Assembly (NCBI GenBank): GCA_963696385.1
Contig: CAVOKF010000006.1
Location: 416,001-480,000 of the forward strand
Source of the DNA: an uncultured delta proteobacterium
Lineage (GTDB): Bacteria; Myxococcota_A; Polyangia; Polyangiales; Polyangiaceae
Length of the DNA stretch: 64,000 nucleotides
Direction of reading: 5' to 3'
Shown: piece by piece, positions 39,215 to 48,270 of the stretch
Layout of the letters: every line of letters starts with the position of its first letter
Position numbering within the stretch: the first letter of the stretch is position 1
The notes under the pieces: generated by a model
Told to the model about the DNA's origin: nothing
Database searches by the model: none
What the model saw: the letters and a program-made list of their open reading frames with translations, nothing else
Position numbers and translations under genes: made by a program

Positions 39215-41491
39215 TCAAGGCGTCGCCGGGGTCTCGGGGCAGTTCTTCGCAAACTTGCTCGTGTCGAATTGCCGTGCGCCCCAATCGAAGTCCTCTGGAA
39301 CGCACGTGTCCCGGTTGTCGTCCGGCGACCACGATTCGACGAAGGCCTGCGCACGGTGCGACTCGGCGTCGGGAACGCGTAACGTCGTTTCGCCTTCGGG
39401 AACGACGTCGCGCAAGAACTCCGGGTTCAGCTCTCGAATGTGGATGGTCGTGGTCGAGGCGGCGCGGGCCATCAAACTCAAACGCAAACCAGGTTTGACC
39501 ACGATCTCCGCCGTGCTTTCGAGGCGTTTGCCGTCGCGGCTGAACTGGAGTCGATGCAAGTTTTGGAGAGCCAACGCATAGGCTTCGATCGCGGGGACGT
39601 ATCCCGCGGTCTCGTCGGGCAATAGACCCGCGTGAGAAAGTTCCCAGAATCCGGCGCTCTCGCCCGCCTGAGCCAACCTCGCGAGCACCGCGAACGGCCC
39701 CATGTTGTACGCGGCAAGAACCAAGTCCCAGGCTCCTAGCGTGCGCTGCAGATCGGTCAAGAAATGGATGGCGGCATCGGTAGATTTCATCGGATTGAGC
39801 CGTTCGTCAATCTCGCCGTCGACGACGCGAAGGCCGTAGGCACGCGCCGACTCGGGCATGAACTGCCACAGGCCCCTCGCTCCGACGTCGGAGGTCGCTC
39901 GCGGATCGCAGGCGCTCTCCTGATAGACCACGGCGGTGAGCCACGACGGGGCGCCGTACTTGACCAACGTGCTGTCGAAAATGTCGTCGTATGCCGCGCA
40001 CTCGAAAAGCTTGGCTTGGAAGCGCTGCCGGCCCGCGATGTTTTTCGTGTTGAAGTCGAAAAGGGCCCGCAGCGTCGGGTCGTCGTGGATGGGAAAGTCC
40101 CGGGGCAACTTCAATCGCTGAAGCCAGGCCGAAAGCGGCGCCTCGGGCGCGGGTGCGAGCGTGAGGCTGGCGCGGTCGATCGGGTTGAACGCGTCGCGTG
40201 CGATGGGGGTCCACCCGCGGCCGCACGAAGCCGGGTCGTTCTTGCACGCGATCGCCATCCGGCCTTGTGCGTCGAGCAGGGCGCGCAGCTCCGGCGTCTC
40301 ATGGCCGCGCTGATGGACCAACTGGGTCAAGGGGTTGGCGGGCTCGCTGCCGATCGAGGGGGTCGATGGGCGCGTCCCGGGGACCGGACCGGAGGCGGCG
40401 CTCGGACCGGGGTGTGGGGTCGGCTCGATGGCACCGCGCGATCGATGACCTCCAAGCAGGACGACCGACACCGTGACGATGGCGAGAAGGGCGATGGCTG
40501 CGGCCACGAACACGAACCATCGCGGAGCGGTCGGCTCCGTCGCGCGAGCCGCGCGATCCGATTTGCGAGGGCGTGGGGTCGAAGGCCAATCGGGGCTTCG
40601 CGACCCTTTCCGCCACGCATCGACGAGATAGGGCTTCTTGGGCGGCGCCCACGATGCGACCTGGGGCCGCTGGCCCGTTCGTGCGCGCAGCCCGAGAACG
40701 GCCGCCGGCAGGCCCCCGGCCGGCTTCGGCTGTTGGGGCTCCGCGCTCCGCCTTCCGAAGGCTCGGAGGCCCATGATGGTGCCGAGGAGCTTTGGAGGGC
40801 TCGGTACGCGAATCGAGTCCGGCAGTCGAACGGCAGGGGGATTGGCCGGGGGCGGGGTCGCCGGGGCCTTCGGGTTGGGCCCTCCGACCCCTCGAGCGAG
40901 GTCGCCGGACGGCGCCTGGGCGGAGTGCATGGTGCCCGGCGTCGGAACCGGCCCCGGACGGCGCTGCGAAGCGTCGAGCATCGGCGGTTCCACCATCGAC
41001 CCCGCCAGCACGCTTCGACCGAGAAGGGGAGGCCACGCAGCCGCCGGTCCCTCGGACGGAGCCCCAGCACTCGGTGCCGTTGCGGATGGGCCAGGACGAA
41101 CCGGTTCGATTCGCGAAGCCGCTCCGGGCATGTTCCCGAGGCTGCCCTCGTCGGCTCGGCCCTCCGGCACGCCGCGCGGCTCGTCGAGCCCGATATGCTC
41201 CGAAATACGCTGGACCGCATCGGCCACGGGGCTCGCCGGGCCGGCGGCGAGGATCTCGACGCGCTCGAGCAGCTGCGCGAGCGTCTCGGCGCCACGGGCG
41301 AGAGCCAGGGTTTTCAACTGGCCGGCTTCGCGACCGATCAGAGCGAGCTCTTGACGGATCGGATCGGGGCCGGTGCGCCCGTGGAGGTCGAGGCGGCGCT
41401 TCCAGCGCATGACCGAGTTCACGGTCGTCTCGCGCAAGCCGGGGTCGAGGTCCGGTGCCGGCTGCCGACCTGCCCAGCCTGGCCCACTCAT
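39215..41491 (-). CDS. Membrane-anchored lytic transglycosylase (SLT, MltD-like)
   Basis: QES, SDVGARGLWQFMPESAR.YGL, DERLNP, LAAYNMG, ETAGYVP, ELNP; Pro-rich N-terminal half and one TM. Confidence 0.85.
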   Translation of the reverse strand: MSGPGWAGRQPAPDLDPGLRETTVNSVMRWKRRLDLHGRTGPDPIRQELALIGREAGQLKTLALARGAETLAQLLERVEILAAGPASPVADAVQRISEHIGLDEPRGVPEGRADEGSLGNMPGAASRIEPVRPGPSATAPSAGAPSEGPAAAWPPLLGRSVLAGSMVEPPMLDASQRRPGPVPTPGTMHSAQAPSGDLARGVGGPNPKAPATPPPANPPAVRLPDSIRVPSPPKLLGTIMGLRAFGRRSAEPQQPKPAGGLPAAVLGLRARTGQRPQVASWAPPKKPYLVDAWRKGSRSPDWPSTPRPRKSDRAARATEPTAPRWFVFVAAAIALLAIVTVSVVLLGGHRSRGAIEPTPHPGPSAASGPVPGTRPSTPSIGSEPANPLTQLVHQRGHETPELRALLDAQGRMAIACKNDPASCGRGWTPIARDAFNPIDRASLTLAPAPEAPLSAWLQRLKLPRDFPIHDDPTLRALFDFNTKNIAGRQRFQAKLFECAAYDDIFDSTLVKYGAPSWLTAVVYQESACDPRATSDVGARGLWQFMPESARAYGLRVVDGEIDERLNPMKSTDAAIHFLTDLQRTLGAWDLVLAAYNMGPFAVLARLAQAGESAGFWELSHAGLLPDETAGYVPAIEAYALALQNLHRLQFSRDGKRLESTAEIVVKPGLRLSLMARAASTTTIHIRELNPEFLRDVVPEGETTLRVPDAESHRAQAFVESWSPDDNRDTCVPEDFDWGARQFDTSKFAKNCPETPATP

Positions 41492-41615
41492 CGTTTGATT
41501 TCATACCACGCCGAACCAGGCTCGGTGGGCGAGCCGGCGCTCCCGCCGCTCGATCGGACCCCGGGAGGCGATGCGGATCGGTCGAGCCGGGAGCTTGCGG
41601 GCGCCGACGGGCGCC

Positions 41616-41646
41616 TTGACAAGAATCGCACGCGCCCGGCTATCAT
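41616..41646 (+). promoter_or_regulatory. Possible sigma70-type promoter for the tssA operon
   Basis: TTGACA-N19-TATCAT; spacer is longer than optimal. Confidence 0.35.
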
Positions 41647-41676
41647 GGCCCGGTTGCAGGTCGTGGGTGGCGGCTG

Positions 41677-42738
41677 ATGCTGGATCTCGAAGCGCTACTG
41701 CACCCGGCGCCGTCCGCGCCGCCGAGCGGCCCGAACCTACAGTACACGACCGAATTCTCGAATCTCGAGCGAGTCGCAGCGGGTCGTCCGGAACGGCAGG
41801 TCGGTGGCCTCGTCGTCGCTGCGGAACCTCCGGAGTGGCGCGCCGTCGTCCAGGCGAGTTCCGCACTGCTGACCGCGAGCAAAGACCTTCGGGTGGCCAT
41901 CACGCTCGCGCGGGCCCTCATCGAAGTCGATGGATTCGGCGGTCTCGCCGACGGACTCACGCTCGTCCGGCGACTGGTCGCGCAGTATTGGGACACGTTT
42001 CACCCCCAACTCGACGCCGAAGACGCAAACGACCCGACCTCGCGCGTCAACGCGATGGGTGCACTGACCCACCGGGACATGATCCTGGCGATTCGGGGCG
42101 CGTCGCTCATCACGTCCAAGACGTTCGGCAGCGTCACGCTGCGGGCCATCGACGCGGCGAGTGCGCGCCCGACCCCCGCGAAAGCGCCGGCGGCCGGGCC
42201 GGACGGAAAAGCCGCGCCCGAAAGCGCGAGCGCGCCGACCCTGACCACCATCGAAGCCGCCTTCCAGCAGGTGCCAGAAGGGGTGTTGGTCGAGGCGTCG
42301 GCGACCCTCCACCGGTGTTCGCAGGAGGTTCGCATGCTGGCCGAAGCCTGGGCCGAACGGCTGCCGAGTTCGGGACCCGACTTCACCGAGCTTCGAAGAG
42401 TGATCTACCAGGCCGAGCAAGCCATCCAGACTCGGCTCGACCCACGTCAATCCGCGGAGGCGAACCGGCCGACCCAGGCGGCCGCCGAGGGACCGGCGGC
42501 GGCGGCCGATCGGGCGCCCACGATGCCGCGAGGAGAAGTCCGCACTCGCGATGACGTTCTCTGCGCGATCGACGCAATCTGTGCCTACTATGCGAAAGCC
42601 GAGCCTTCCAGCCCGGTGCCGCTGCTGCTCCAGCGCAGTCGGCGGCTCGTGACGATGTCCTTCACCGATATCTTGAAGGAAATGTTGCCTGAGGCCATTC
42701 CGAACCTCCAGAAGATCTCAGGCAAGACCGACGGGTGA
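41677..42738 (+). CDS. tssA: T6SS TssA (ImpA N-terminal domain)
   Basis: PSGPNLQY, SKDLRVA, YWDTFHPQL, EPSSPVPLLLQR. Confidence 0.92.
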   Translation: MLDLEALLHPAPSAPPSGPNLQYTTEFSNLERVAAGRPERQVGGLVVAAEPPEWRAVVQASSALLTASKDLRVAITLARALIEVDGFGGLADGLTLVRRLVAQYWDTFHPQLDAEDANDPTSRVNAMGALTHRDMILAIRGASLITSKTFGSVTLRAIDAASARPTPAKAPAAGPDGKAAPESASAPTLTTIEAAFQQVPEGVLVEASATLHRCSQEVRMLAEAWAERLPSSGPDFTELRRVIYQAEQAIQTRLDPRQSAEANRPTQAAAEGPAAAADRAPTMPRGEVRTRDDVLCAIDAICAYYAKAEPSSPVPLLLQRSRRLVTMSFTDILKEMLPEAIPNLQKISGKTDG

Positions 42739-42763
42739 CGTCACCCCCCCCAAGGATGGGATC

Positions 42764-43297
42764 ATGAGCAGCCAAAAGTTCATCGGGCGAAATCGGGCTC
42801 CACGCGTTCAGATCGAGTACGACGTCGAGCTCTATGGGGCTCAGAAGAAGGTGCAGCTCCCATTCGTGATGGGCGTCCTCGCCAACCTGTCCGGCAATCC
42901 GGCCGAGCCTCTTGCTCCGGTGGCGGACAGGAGCTTCGTCGACATATCGGTCGACAATTTCGACGATCGCCTGAAGGGCATGAAACCCCGTGTGGCGATG
43001 CAAGTGCCGAACAAGCTCACCGGCGAAGGAAACCTCAACGTCGAGCTTCGCTTCGAAAAAATGGAGGATTTCAGCCCCGCGTCCGTCGCCCGCAGCGTTC
43101 CCGCGCTCGCGAAGCTGCTCGAGGCGAGAATCCAACTGGCCAATCTCATTACGTACATGGATGGCAAGACGGGTGCCGAAGAGCTCATCGCTCGCCTCCT
43201 GAAAGACCCCGGTCTTCTGAGCTCTCTTGCCGCCGCCCCCAAACCAGCCGAGGCCGCCCCCGAACCAACGGGTGCCGGTTCTCAGAAAGGCCAGTGA
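42764..43297 (+). CDS. tssB: T6SS sheath small subunit
   Basis: SSQKFIGRNRAPRVQIEYDVE, LPFVMGV. Confidence 0.96.
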   Translation: MSSQKFIGRNRAPRVQIEYDVELYGAQKKVQLPFVMGVLANLSGNPAEPLAPVADRSFVDISVDNFDDRLKGMKPRVAMQVPNKLTGEGNLNVELRFEKMEDFSPASVARSVPALAKLLEARIQLANLITYMDGKTGAEELIARLLKDPGLLSSLAAAPKPAEAAPEPTGAGSQKGQ

Positions 43298-43304
43298 CGG
43301 TCCC

Positions 43305-44807
43305 ATGGCCGAACAGCAAAAAGAGCGCGAAGCTCCGCAGCCGACGACCCCCGAAGCCGAGGGCAGCGATTTCGCAGCCCTGCTCAACAAGGAGTTCAAG
43401 CCGCAGACGGATCGCGCGCGCACGGAGGTGCAGAGCGCCGTCCGCACGCTCGCCGAACAGGCGCTCGAGGGCACGAGCCTCACGTCGGGCGACGCCGTCA
43501 CCAACATCAAGGCCATCATCGCGGAGCTCGACCGCAAGCTGAGCGATCAGGTCAACGAGGTCATTCACCAGCCGGATTTCCAGGAGCTCGAGAGCGCCTG
43601 GCGGGGGCTGCATTACCTCGTCAACAACAGTGAAACCGATTCCATGTTGAAGATCCGGGTCATCAACATCTCGAAGAAGGAGCTCGGCAAGACGCTGCAG
43701 CGTTTCAAGGGCGCAGCCTGGGATCAGAGTCCGATCTTCAAGAAAGTGTACGAGGCGGAGTTCGGACAGCTCGGCGGCGAGCCGTTCGGTTGCCTGGTCG
43801 GCGATTACTATTTCGATCACAGCCCGCCCGACGTCGAGCTTCTCGGGGAGATGGCGAAAATTTCCGCGTCGGCACACACGCCCTTTCTGGCCTCCACCGC
43901 GCCCTCTCTCTTCCAGATGGAGTCGTGGAAGGAGCTCAGCAACCCGCGCGATTTGACGAAGATCTTTTCGACGCCCGAGTACGCCGCGTGGCGCTCGCTC
44001 CGGGAGTCGGAAGACTCGCGCTACGTCGGTCTCACGATGCCGCGGTTTTTGGCGCGTCAGCCTTATGGCGCCAAATCGGCTCCGGTCGACGACTTCGACT
44101 TCGAGGAAGACACGGCAGGCGGCGACGCCGACAGGTTCACTTGGGCCAATTCCGCCTACGCGATGGCGGTCAACGTCAACCGTTCGTTCAAACTCTACGG
44201 TTGGTGTTCGCGCATCCGCGGCATCGAGTCCGGCGGGGCGGTGATGGGCCTTCCGACCTACACCTTCCCGACCGACGACGGCGGCGTGGACATGACGTGT
44301 CCGACCGAAATCGCCATCAGCGATCGGCGCGAAGCCGAACTGGCCAAAGCGGGCTTCATGCCTCTCATTCACAAGAAGAATTCGGACTTCGCCGCATTCA
44401 TCGGCGCGCAGTCGCTTCATCGTCCGGCGCAATACGATGACCCGGACGCATCGGCGAATGCCGCGCTCGCGGCCCGCCTTCCGTACCTTTTTGCGACGTG
44501 CCGGTTCGCGCACTACTTGAAGTGCATCGTTCGCGACAAGGTCGGTTCGTTCAAAGAGCGCGACGAGATGCAGAAGTGGCTCCAGAAATGGATCCTTCAA
44601 TACGTCGACGGCACGCCGTCGCACTCGAGCGAAGAAACCAAAGCGCGAAAGCCGTTGGCGGACGCCCAGGTGGTCGTCGAAGAAATCGAAGGCGAGCCCG
44701 GCTACTATTCGTCCAAGTTCTTTCTCAGGCCCCACTACCAGCTCGAAGGTCTGACCGTATCGCTTCGCCTCGTTTCGAAGCTGCCGTCTGCGAAGGCCGC
44801 TGGGTGA
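43305..44807 (+). CDS. tssC: T6SS sheath large subunit
   Basis: FQELESAWRGL, EFGQLGGEPFG, CPTEIAISDRRE, FFLRPHYQLEG. Confidence 0.96.
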   Translation: MAEQQKEREAPQPTTPEAEGSDFAALLNKEFKPQTDRARTEVQSAVRTLAEQALEGTSLTSGDAVTNIKAIIAELDRKLSDQVNEVIHQPDFQELESAWRGLHYLVNNSETDSMLKIRVINISKKELGKTLQRFKGAAWDQSPIFKKVYEAEFGQLGGEPFGCLVGDYYFDHSPPDVELLGEMAKISASAHTPFLASTAPSLFQMESWKELSNPRDLTKIFSTPEYAAWRSLRESEDSRYVGLTMPRFLARQPYGAKSAPVDDFDFEEDTAGGDADRFTWANSAYAMAVNVNRSFKLYGWCSRIRGIESGGAVMGLPTYTFPTDDGGVDMTCPTEIAISDRREAELAKAGFMPLIHKKNSDFAAFIGAQSLHRPAQYDDPDASANAALAARLPYLFATCRFAHYLKCIVRDKVGSFKERDEMQKWLQKWILQYVDGTPSHSSEETKARKPLADAQVVVEEIEGEPGYYSSKFFLRPHYQLEGLTVSLRLVSKLPSAKAAG

Positions 44808-44856
44808 CATCCGCGATGGGTCGGTTCGTGCGCTCTGTCTCGGCGAGGCTCGGCCC

Positions 44857-45363
44857 GTGGGCGAACTGATCCCCAAGGATCGGTTGCAACCGTCCTTGCT
44901 CGACCGGCTCACCGACGAAGAGCCGACCGTGGGTGTCGAGGCTGCCGACAAGCGCGTGCTCTCGCTCGCTCGGCTGCGGGAGTCGGTTCGTCGCGATTTG
45001 GCCTTTCTTCTCAACGCGACGCAGCTCGCCGCTCTGCAGGACTTGAGCGACTTCCCGGAAGTCGAGCGGTCCACGTTGAACTACGGAATGCCGGACCTCA
45101 CGGGCCGATCGGCGTCGACGATCGACAAAGGCGCTCTCGTTCGCATCGTGCGTCGCGCGGTGAACGACTTCGAGCCGCGCCTCTTGAAGCCGTCGCTCAA
45201 GGTCAACATTCAGGTCAATCCGGACAAGCACGACCCGAACGCGCTCCGCTTCGACATCGAGGCGGACCTATGGTCGCAGCCTTTGCCGCTCCGGTTGCAG
45301 TGGAGAGCGGACCTCACGTTGGAAGACGGACAGACGCGCGTCGTCGAAGCGGCCCCCGGTTAG
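44857..45363 (+). CDS. tssE: T6SS baseplate gp25-like TssE
   Basis: LQPSLLDRL, RRDLAFLLN, NYGMPDL, FEPRL. Confidence 0.94.
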   Translation: MGELIPKDRLQPSLLDRLTDEEPTVGVEAADKRVLSLARLRESVRRDLAFLLNATQLAALQDLSDFPEVERSTLNYGMPDLTGRSASTIDKGALVRIVRRAVNDFEPRLLKPSLKVNIQVNPDKHDPNALRFDIEADLWSQPLPLRLQWRADLTLEDGQTRVVEAAPG

Positions 45364-45366
45364 CCC

Positions 45367-47232
45367 GTGGATCACCGACTGCTCGAGTATTACAACCGCG
45401 AGCTACGGTATCTGCGCGAGCTCGGTGGCGAATTCGCGCGTGATTTCCCGAAGATCGCCGGCCGGTTGGGCCTCGATGCGTTCGAGTGCGCCGACCCCTA
45501 CGTCGAGCGCCTGCTCGAGGGCTTCGCGTTTCTCGCGGCCCGGGTCCAACTCAAGATCGACGCAGAATTTCCGAACTTCTGCGAACAATTGTTGGGTCTC
45601 GTCTACCCGCATTACCTGGGATCGACGCCGTCGATGGCGGTCGTCGAATTCTCGCCGGACGAACGGCAAGGCCACCTGGGCGACGGCTTCGTGGTTTCGC
45701 GCGGAAGCGCACTGCGGGCCAGCCCACTTCGGAACGAGACAGGGTGTGAGTACCGCACGGCCCATGACGTCACCCTCTGGCCGATCGAGGTCGAGACCCT
45801 GACGATGGCGGCCTCGGCCGGTGGCCCGGAAGCCAACCTGTCGACCTCGCGGCCGGTGAAGTCCACGCTGCGGCTGCGCTTGCGTACGACGAACGGGTTG
45901 CCCTTCGCTCGGATGTCGCTCGACGACCTGACGCTGTTTTTTCGGGGAGGCGATTCGGTCGCCTGGCGTTTTTTTGAGCTCGTCGTCGGTGGCACGGTGG
46001 CCGTGGCGTCGCGCGAGCCCCTCGCCGAGTCGTGGACGAAAATCGACGAGGCGAAGGTGCTTCCGATCGGCACGGCCGACTCGGAGTCGTTGCTGCCCTG
46101 CGGGCCGCGCGCGTTTCAAGGATACCGGCTATTGCACGAGTACTTCGCGTTCCCGCAGCGGTTTCTCTTCGCGCGACTGACCGGGCTGTCGCGGGCCGTC
46201 CGCGCGTGCCCAGGCGACCAGCTCGATTTGCTCGTCGCGCTCGATCGCTACGATCCGAGCGTCGAGGCGGCGGCCAAGCCGTCCGGCGTATCTCTTTTTT
46301 GCACGCCGGCCGTGAACCTATTTCCCAAATCCGCCGATCGCATTCAGCTCGGCGATTCGGACCACGAATACCATGTCGTTGCCGACCGCGCTCGTCCGCT
46401 CGACTTCGAGGTCCATTCGGTGACCCGCGTGACCGGCTACGGCGCCAAGGGCGAAGCCGTGCAGGAGTTTCTGCCCTTTTACCGACGTCGGCACGGCGGG
46501 ATCGCGTCCGCCGCGGCTGCGTTTTACACCGTTCAGCGCCGCGAGCGACTTCTGTCCGGCAGGGTGCGGACCGAGGGGCCGCGATCGAGCTATCTGGGCG
46601 GCGAGGCCTTCGTCGCGCTGGTCGACGGCCGCCATGGACCGTTCCGAGCGGAGCTCCGTCAGCTCTCCGTCGAGACACTCTGCACCAACCGCGATCTGCC
46701 GCTTCTCATGCCCATCGGACAGGGCGAAACCGACTTCACGATGGATGCGGGCGCGCCCCTCAAGACGATCCGGTGCGTGGCCGGCCCCTCGGAGCCCGTA
46801 GCGTCGCTCGCCGGCGGCGAGACGAGCTGGCGGCTCATCAGCCATCTTTCCCTCAACTATCTCGCGGTGACGGACGTGTCCGAAGAGGAGGGCGCGCTCG
46901 CGCTACGCGAGCTCCTTTCGCTCTACGCGAACATTGCGGACGCTTCCAGCCGCCGTCAGATCGCCGGTGTGCGCCATACGAGCACTCGCCCGATCGTCCG
47001 CCGGTTGCCCGTGGACGGTCCTCCGAGCTTCGTTCGCGGCATCGAAATGACCGTCGACTGCGACGAGGCTTCGTTCGAGGGCACCAGTGCATTCGTCCTC
47101 GGGATCGTCCTGGCTCAATTTTTCGCGCGATACGTTTCGATCAACTCGTTCGTCGAGACGGTCATTCGCACGCAACAACGCGGAGTGATCGCACGATGGC
47201 CGCTGACGGTGGGCAGGCGCCCCGTTCTGTGA
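45367..47232 (+). CDS. tssF: T6SS baseplate TssF
   Basis: YYNRELRYLRE, DPYVERLLEGFAFL, LCTNRDLP, HLSLNYL, SINSF. Confidence 0.96.
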   Translation: MDHRLLEYYNRELRYLRELGGEFARDFPKIAGRLGLDAFECADPYVERLLEGFAFLAARVQLKIDAEFPNFCEQLLGLVYPHYLGSTPSMAVVEFSPDERQGHLGDGFVVSRGSALRASPLRNETGCEYRTAHDVTLWPIEVETLTMAASAGGPEANLSTSRPVKSTLRLRLRTTNGLPFARMSLDDLTLFFRGGDSVAWRFFELVVGGTVAVASREPLAESWTKIDEAKVLPIGTADSESLLPCGPRAFQGYRLLHEYFAFPQRFLFARLTGLSRAVRACPGDQLDLLVALDRYDPSVEAAAKPSGVSLFCTPAVNLFPKSADRIQLGDSDHEYHVVADRARPLDFEVHSVTRVTGYGAKGEAVQEFLPFYRRRHGGIASAAAAFYTVQRRERLLSGRVRTEGPRSSYLGGEAFVALVDGRHGPFRAELRQLSVETLCTNRDLPLLMPIGQGETDFTMDAGAPLKTIRCVAGPSEPVASLAGGETSWRLISHLSLNYLAVTDVSEEEGALALRELLSLYANIADASSRRQIAGVRHTSTRPIVRRLPVDGPPSFVRGIEMTVDCDEASFEGTSAFVLGIVLAQFFARYVSINSFVETVIRTQQRGVIARWPLTVGRRPVL

Positions 47233-48254
47233 ACTGGCTCGAGAGGCTCAAAGCGCTGCCGGGCAGCTTCGACTTCCACGTCGCGCTCAGGCGCTTCGAC
47301 ACGGTGTCGCCCGAGATCCCCCGCCTGGGCGAGGCGGAGCGGCCGGCGGAGGAAGGCGTCCGGATCGGACAGAAGCCGTCGGCTCTTTTCGAGGGAGCGG
47401 AGATCACGGATTTCTCCGTTCCGGACGACGGGAGCGTTCCCCGTTTGATGGTCGGCTTTCTCGGTCTTTGGGGACCGAACGGACCGTTGCCGAGTCACCT
47501 GACGGAGTACGCATACGAACGCCTCCAGCACGCGGGGGATGCGACGCTCGCCCGATTCGTCGACGTCTTTCACCATCGGATGTTTCTGCTTTTTCACCGC
47601 GCTTGGACGCGGGCGCGCCCTACCGTCGCGATGGATCGACCCGACGCGGACGCGTTCGCCCTCTACGTGGGCGCGTTGATGGGTTTGGCGCTCGAGGCCA
47701 CGCGACATCGAGGCGACGTTCACGATTTTGCGAAACTGCATTACGCGCCCCACTTCGCCTCTCTCTCTCGAGGTGCCGACGGGCTGCGCGATCTCGTAGC
47801 CGATTACTTCGGTGTTCCGGCGCACGTCGAGGAGTTCGTCGGCGAATGGCTCGACCTTCCCCAAGACGAGCGCTGGCGGCTCGGTGCGTCACGAGAGACG
47901 GGCAGTCTCGGGCGCGTTCCGCTCGGCCGTCGCATATGGTCTCGATCTCACAAGTTCCGAATCGTGCTCGGTCCCCTGAGCGCCTTCGACTTCGAGCAGA
48001 TGCTGCCGGCGTCGCATGCCGTGACCGAGCTCACTTCGCTCGTGCGCCTTTACACGGGCGACGAATGGGACTGGGAGCTTCGGCTCGTTTTGGCACCTTC
48101 GGTGTGCGCTCCGATGCGGCTGGGCGGCGGAGGGCGTCTCGGCTGGACCACTCGCCTCGGCTCCGGCCCGGGTGTAGAGGTCGACTTGGTCGTCGATCCG
48201 CTGACCCGGCGCACCCAACGAATTCGCAACCCATTGGCCGCTCAAATCAGCTGA
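47229..48254 (+). CDS. tssG: T6SS baseplate TssG
   Basis: GLWGPNGPLPSHLTEY, FVDVFHHR, EEFVGEWL, LGWTT; GTG start overlaps the tssF stop. Confidence 0.93.
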   Translation: MNWLERLKALPGSFDFHVALRRFDTVSPEIPRLGEAERPAEEGVRIGQKPSALFEGAEITDFSVPDDGSVPRLMVGFLGLWGPNGPLPSHLTEYAYERLQHAGDATLARFVDVFHHRMFLLFHRAWTRARPTVAMDRPDADAFALYVGALMGLALEATRHRGDVHDFAKLHYAPHFASLSRGADGLRDLVADYFGVPAHVEEFVGEWLDLPQDERWRLGASRETGSLGRVPLGRRIWSRSHKFRIVLGPLSAFDFEQMLPASHAVTELTSLVRLYTGDEWDWELRLVLAPSVCAPMRLGGGGRLGWTTRLGSGPGVEVDLVVDPLTRRTQRIRNPLAAQIS

Positions 48255-48270
48255 CAGGAGATCGCTTCTC

